From Maricaulaceae bacterium (lineage in GTDB: Bacteria; Pseudomonadota; Alphaproteobacteria; Caulobacterales; Maricaulaceae): DNA of 47,540 nucleotides. The DNA lies in the NCBI GenBank assembly GCA_050050115.1, contig JASFUX010000001.1, positions 1 through 47,540 on the forward strand, written 5' to 3'. The position numbers and the translations under genes are program-made. This document shows, piece after piece, positions 46,677 to 47,540 of the stretch; position 1 is the first letter of the stretch, and the number at the start of each line of letters is the position of its first letter. A model generated the notes under the pieces. The model searched no databases, was not told the origin of the DNA, and was given only the letters and a program-made list of their open reading frames with translations.

Positions 46677-47540
46677 TTAGGCCTCTTCGACCTTGGCCAC
46701 GCCCTGGGCGATCTTGATCGCCGCGCGGGCCGCCGCGTCGACCGGCCAGGCGCCGGGCAGCGCCAGCTCGACCTCGTCGCGCTCGCCCATCGGCACGACG
46801 ATCGACACCTGCCCGCGATCCCCGCCCTGACGCTCGGAAAGCTTGTTCAGCCGGGCGCTGACCGCGCTCAAGGCGCCCTCGTCCTCGGCGTAGATCCGCA
46901 TCCCGCCGAATGCGCCTGAAAGCGCGCTGTCGAGCGGCTCGACCCGGTCGATGATCACCCGCACCTCGCCGTCGCGCCCCGAGAGCCGCGCCGAGCCGAA
47001 GACCGGCGCGCCGGTTTCAAGCAACGAGCGTTCGCGCGCGAGGGTCTCGGGCGGGACCAGCGCCTCGAACTCGCCCGTCGGGTCGGACAGCGAGACGAAG
47101 GCGAAGCGCTCTTGAGACTTCAGCGAGACCCGCTCCTGGCGGGCGCGGACGACGCCGGCGACCTTGACCCGCTCGCGTCCCTCTTCGGCGAGGGCGGCGA
47201 ACTGGGCGCAGAAGACCACATTGCGGCGGGCGAGCGCCTCGGTCGCGTCTTCGAGCGGGTGGCCGGAGAGATAGACGCCGATGGCGGCGAACTCCTCGTC
47301 CAGGCGCTCATGAGCGGTCCAGGGTTCGATCTCGGGCAGGATGTCCCCGCCCACCGGCTCTTCGTCGCCAAAGAGGCTGTTTTGGGCAGCGGCGCGCTCG
47401 GCGGCGGCGACGTAGGCGGCGGCGAGGATGCGCTCGGCGGCGGTGAGGGCCTGACGTCGCTCAACGCCCAGGCAATCGAAAGCGCCGGCGCGGGCGAGAT
47501 TTTCAACCATCCGCTTGTTGACTTGGCGCGGATCGATCCG
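46677..47540 (-). CDS. dnaE: DNA polymerase III alpha subunit, C-terminal part (5' end outside window)
   Basis: The frame is open to the window edge (RIDPRQVNKRMVENLARAGAFDCLG...). The OB-fold region and C-terminal tail are typical of DnaE. Confidence 0.9.
   Translation of the reverse strand, partial: RIDPRQVNKRMVENLARAGAFDCLGVERRQALTAAERILAAAYVAAAERAAAQNSLFGDEEPVGGDILPEIEPWTAHERLDEEFAAIGVYLSGHPLEDATEALARRNVVFCAQFAALAEEGRERVKVAGVVRARQERVSLKSQERFAFVSLSDPTGEFEALVPPETLARERSLLETGAPVFGSARLSGRDGEVRVIIDRVEPLDSALSGAFGGMRIYAEDEGALSAVSARLNKLSERQGGDRGQVSIVVPMGERDEVELALPGAWPVDAAARAAIKIAQGVAKVEEA

Overview
GC-rich (roughly two-thirds G+C by eye), almost fully coding chromosomal segment. Gene content and order match an alphaproteobacterial core genome of the Caulobacter type. 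On the minus strand runs rpsB-tsf-pyrH-frr-uppS-cdsA-dxr-rseP-bamA-skp-lpxD-lpxI-lpxB. The rest of the window holds gltA, gltX, comEC, lexA, trpGDC, trpE, a PpiD-like chaperone, tpiA, secG, pyrG, rpmF, eno and pdhA/pdhB. I call 48 protein-coding genes (two partial at the window edges; the left one, DUF805, is absent from the ORF track), one gene remnant and a few short cis-elements. Many ORF-track starts were trimmed to internal ATG/GTG/TTG codons where conserved N-termini, RBS-like purine runs or stop/start overlaps supported it. I recognised no rRNA, tRNA, CRISPR array, transposase, integrase or phage gene. I do not see a convincing undescribed multi-gene system; this looks like ordinary core genome with a few small insertions. 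The best leads are all modest. (1) An orphan pseudo-receiver protein with D57E/K109R-type substitutions and an uncharacterised helical C-terminal half. (2) An FMN-dependent alpha-hydroxy-acid oxidase with a clear twin-arginine signal, wedged between trpE and trpG. (3) A DUF2807 plus two tandem TM2-domain gene cluster. (4) An lpx cluster lacking fabZ-lpxA. (5) A pdhA/pdhB pair split by three unrelated genes. (6) Candidate cell-cycle cis-signals (a GANTC cluster and a CtrA-like half-matched box) around the ftsB-like gene and its neighbour. All family assignments come from motif recognition by eye; no database search was run.
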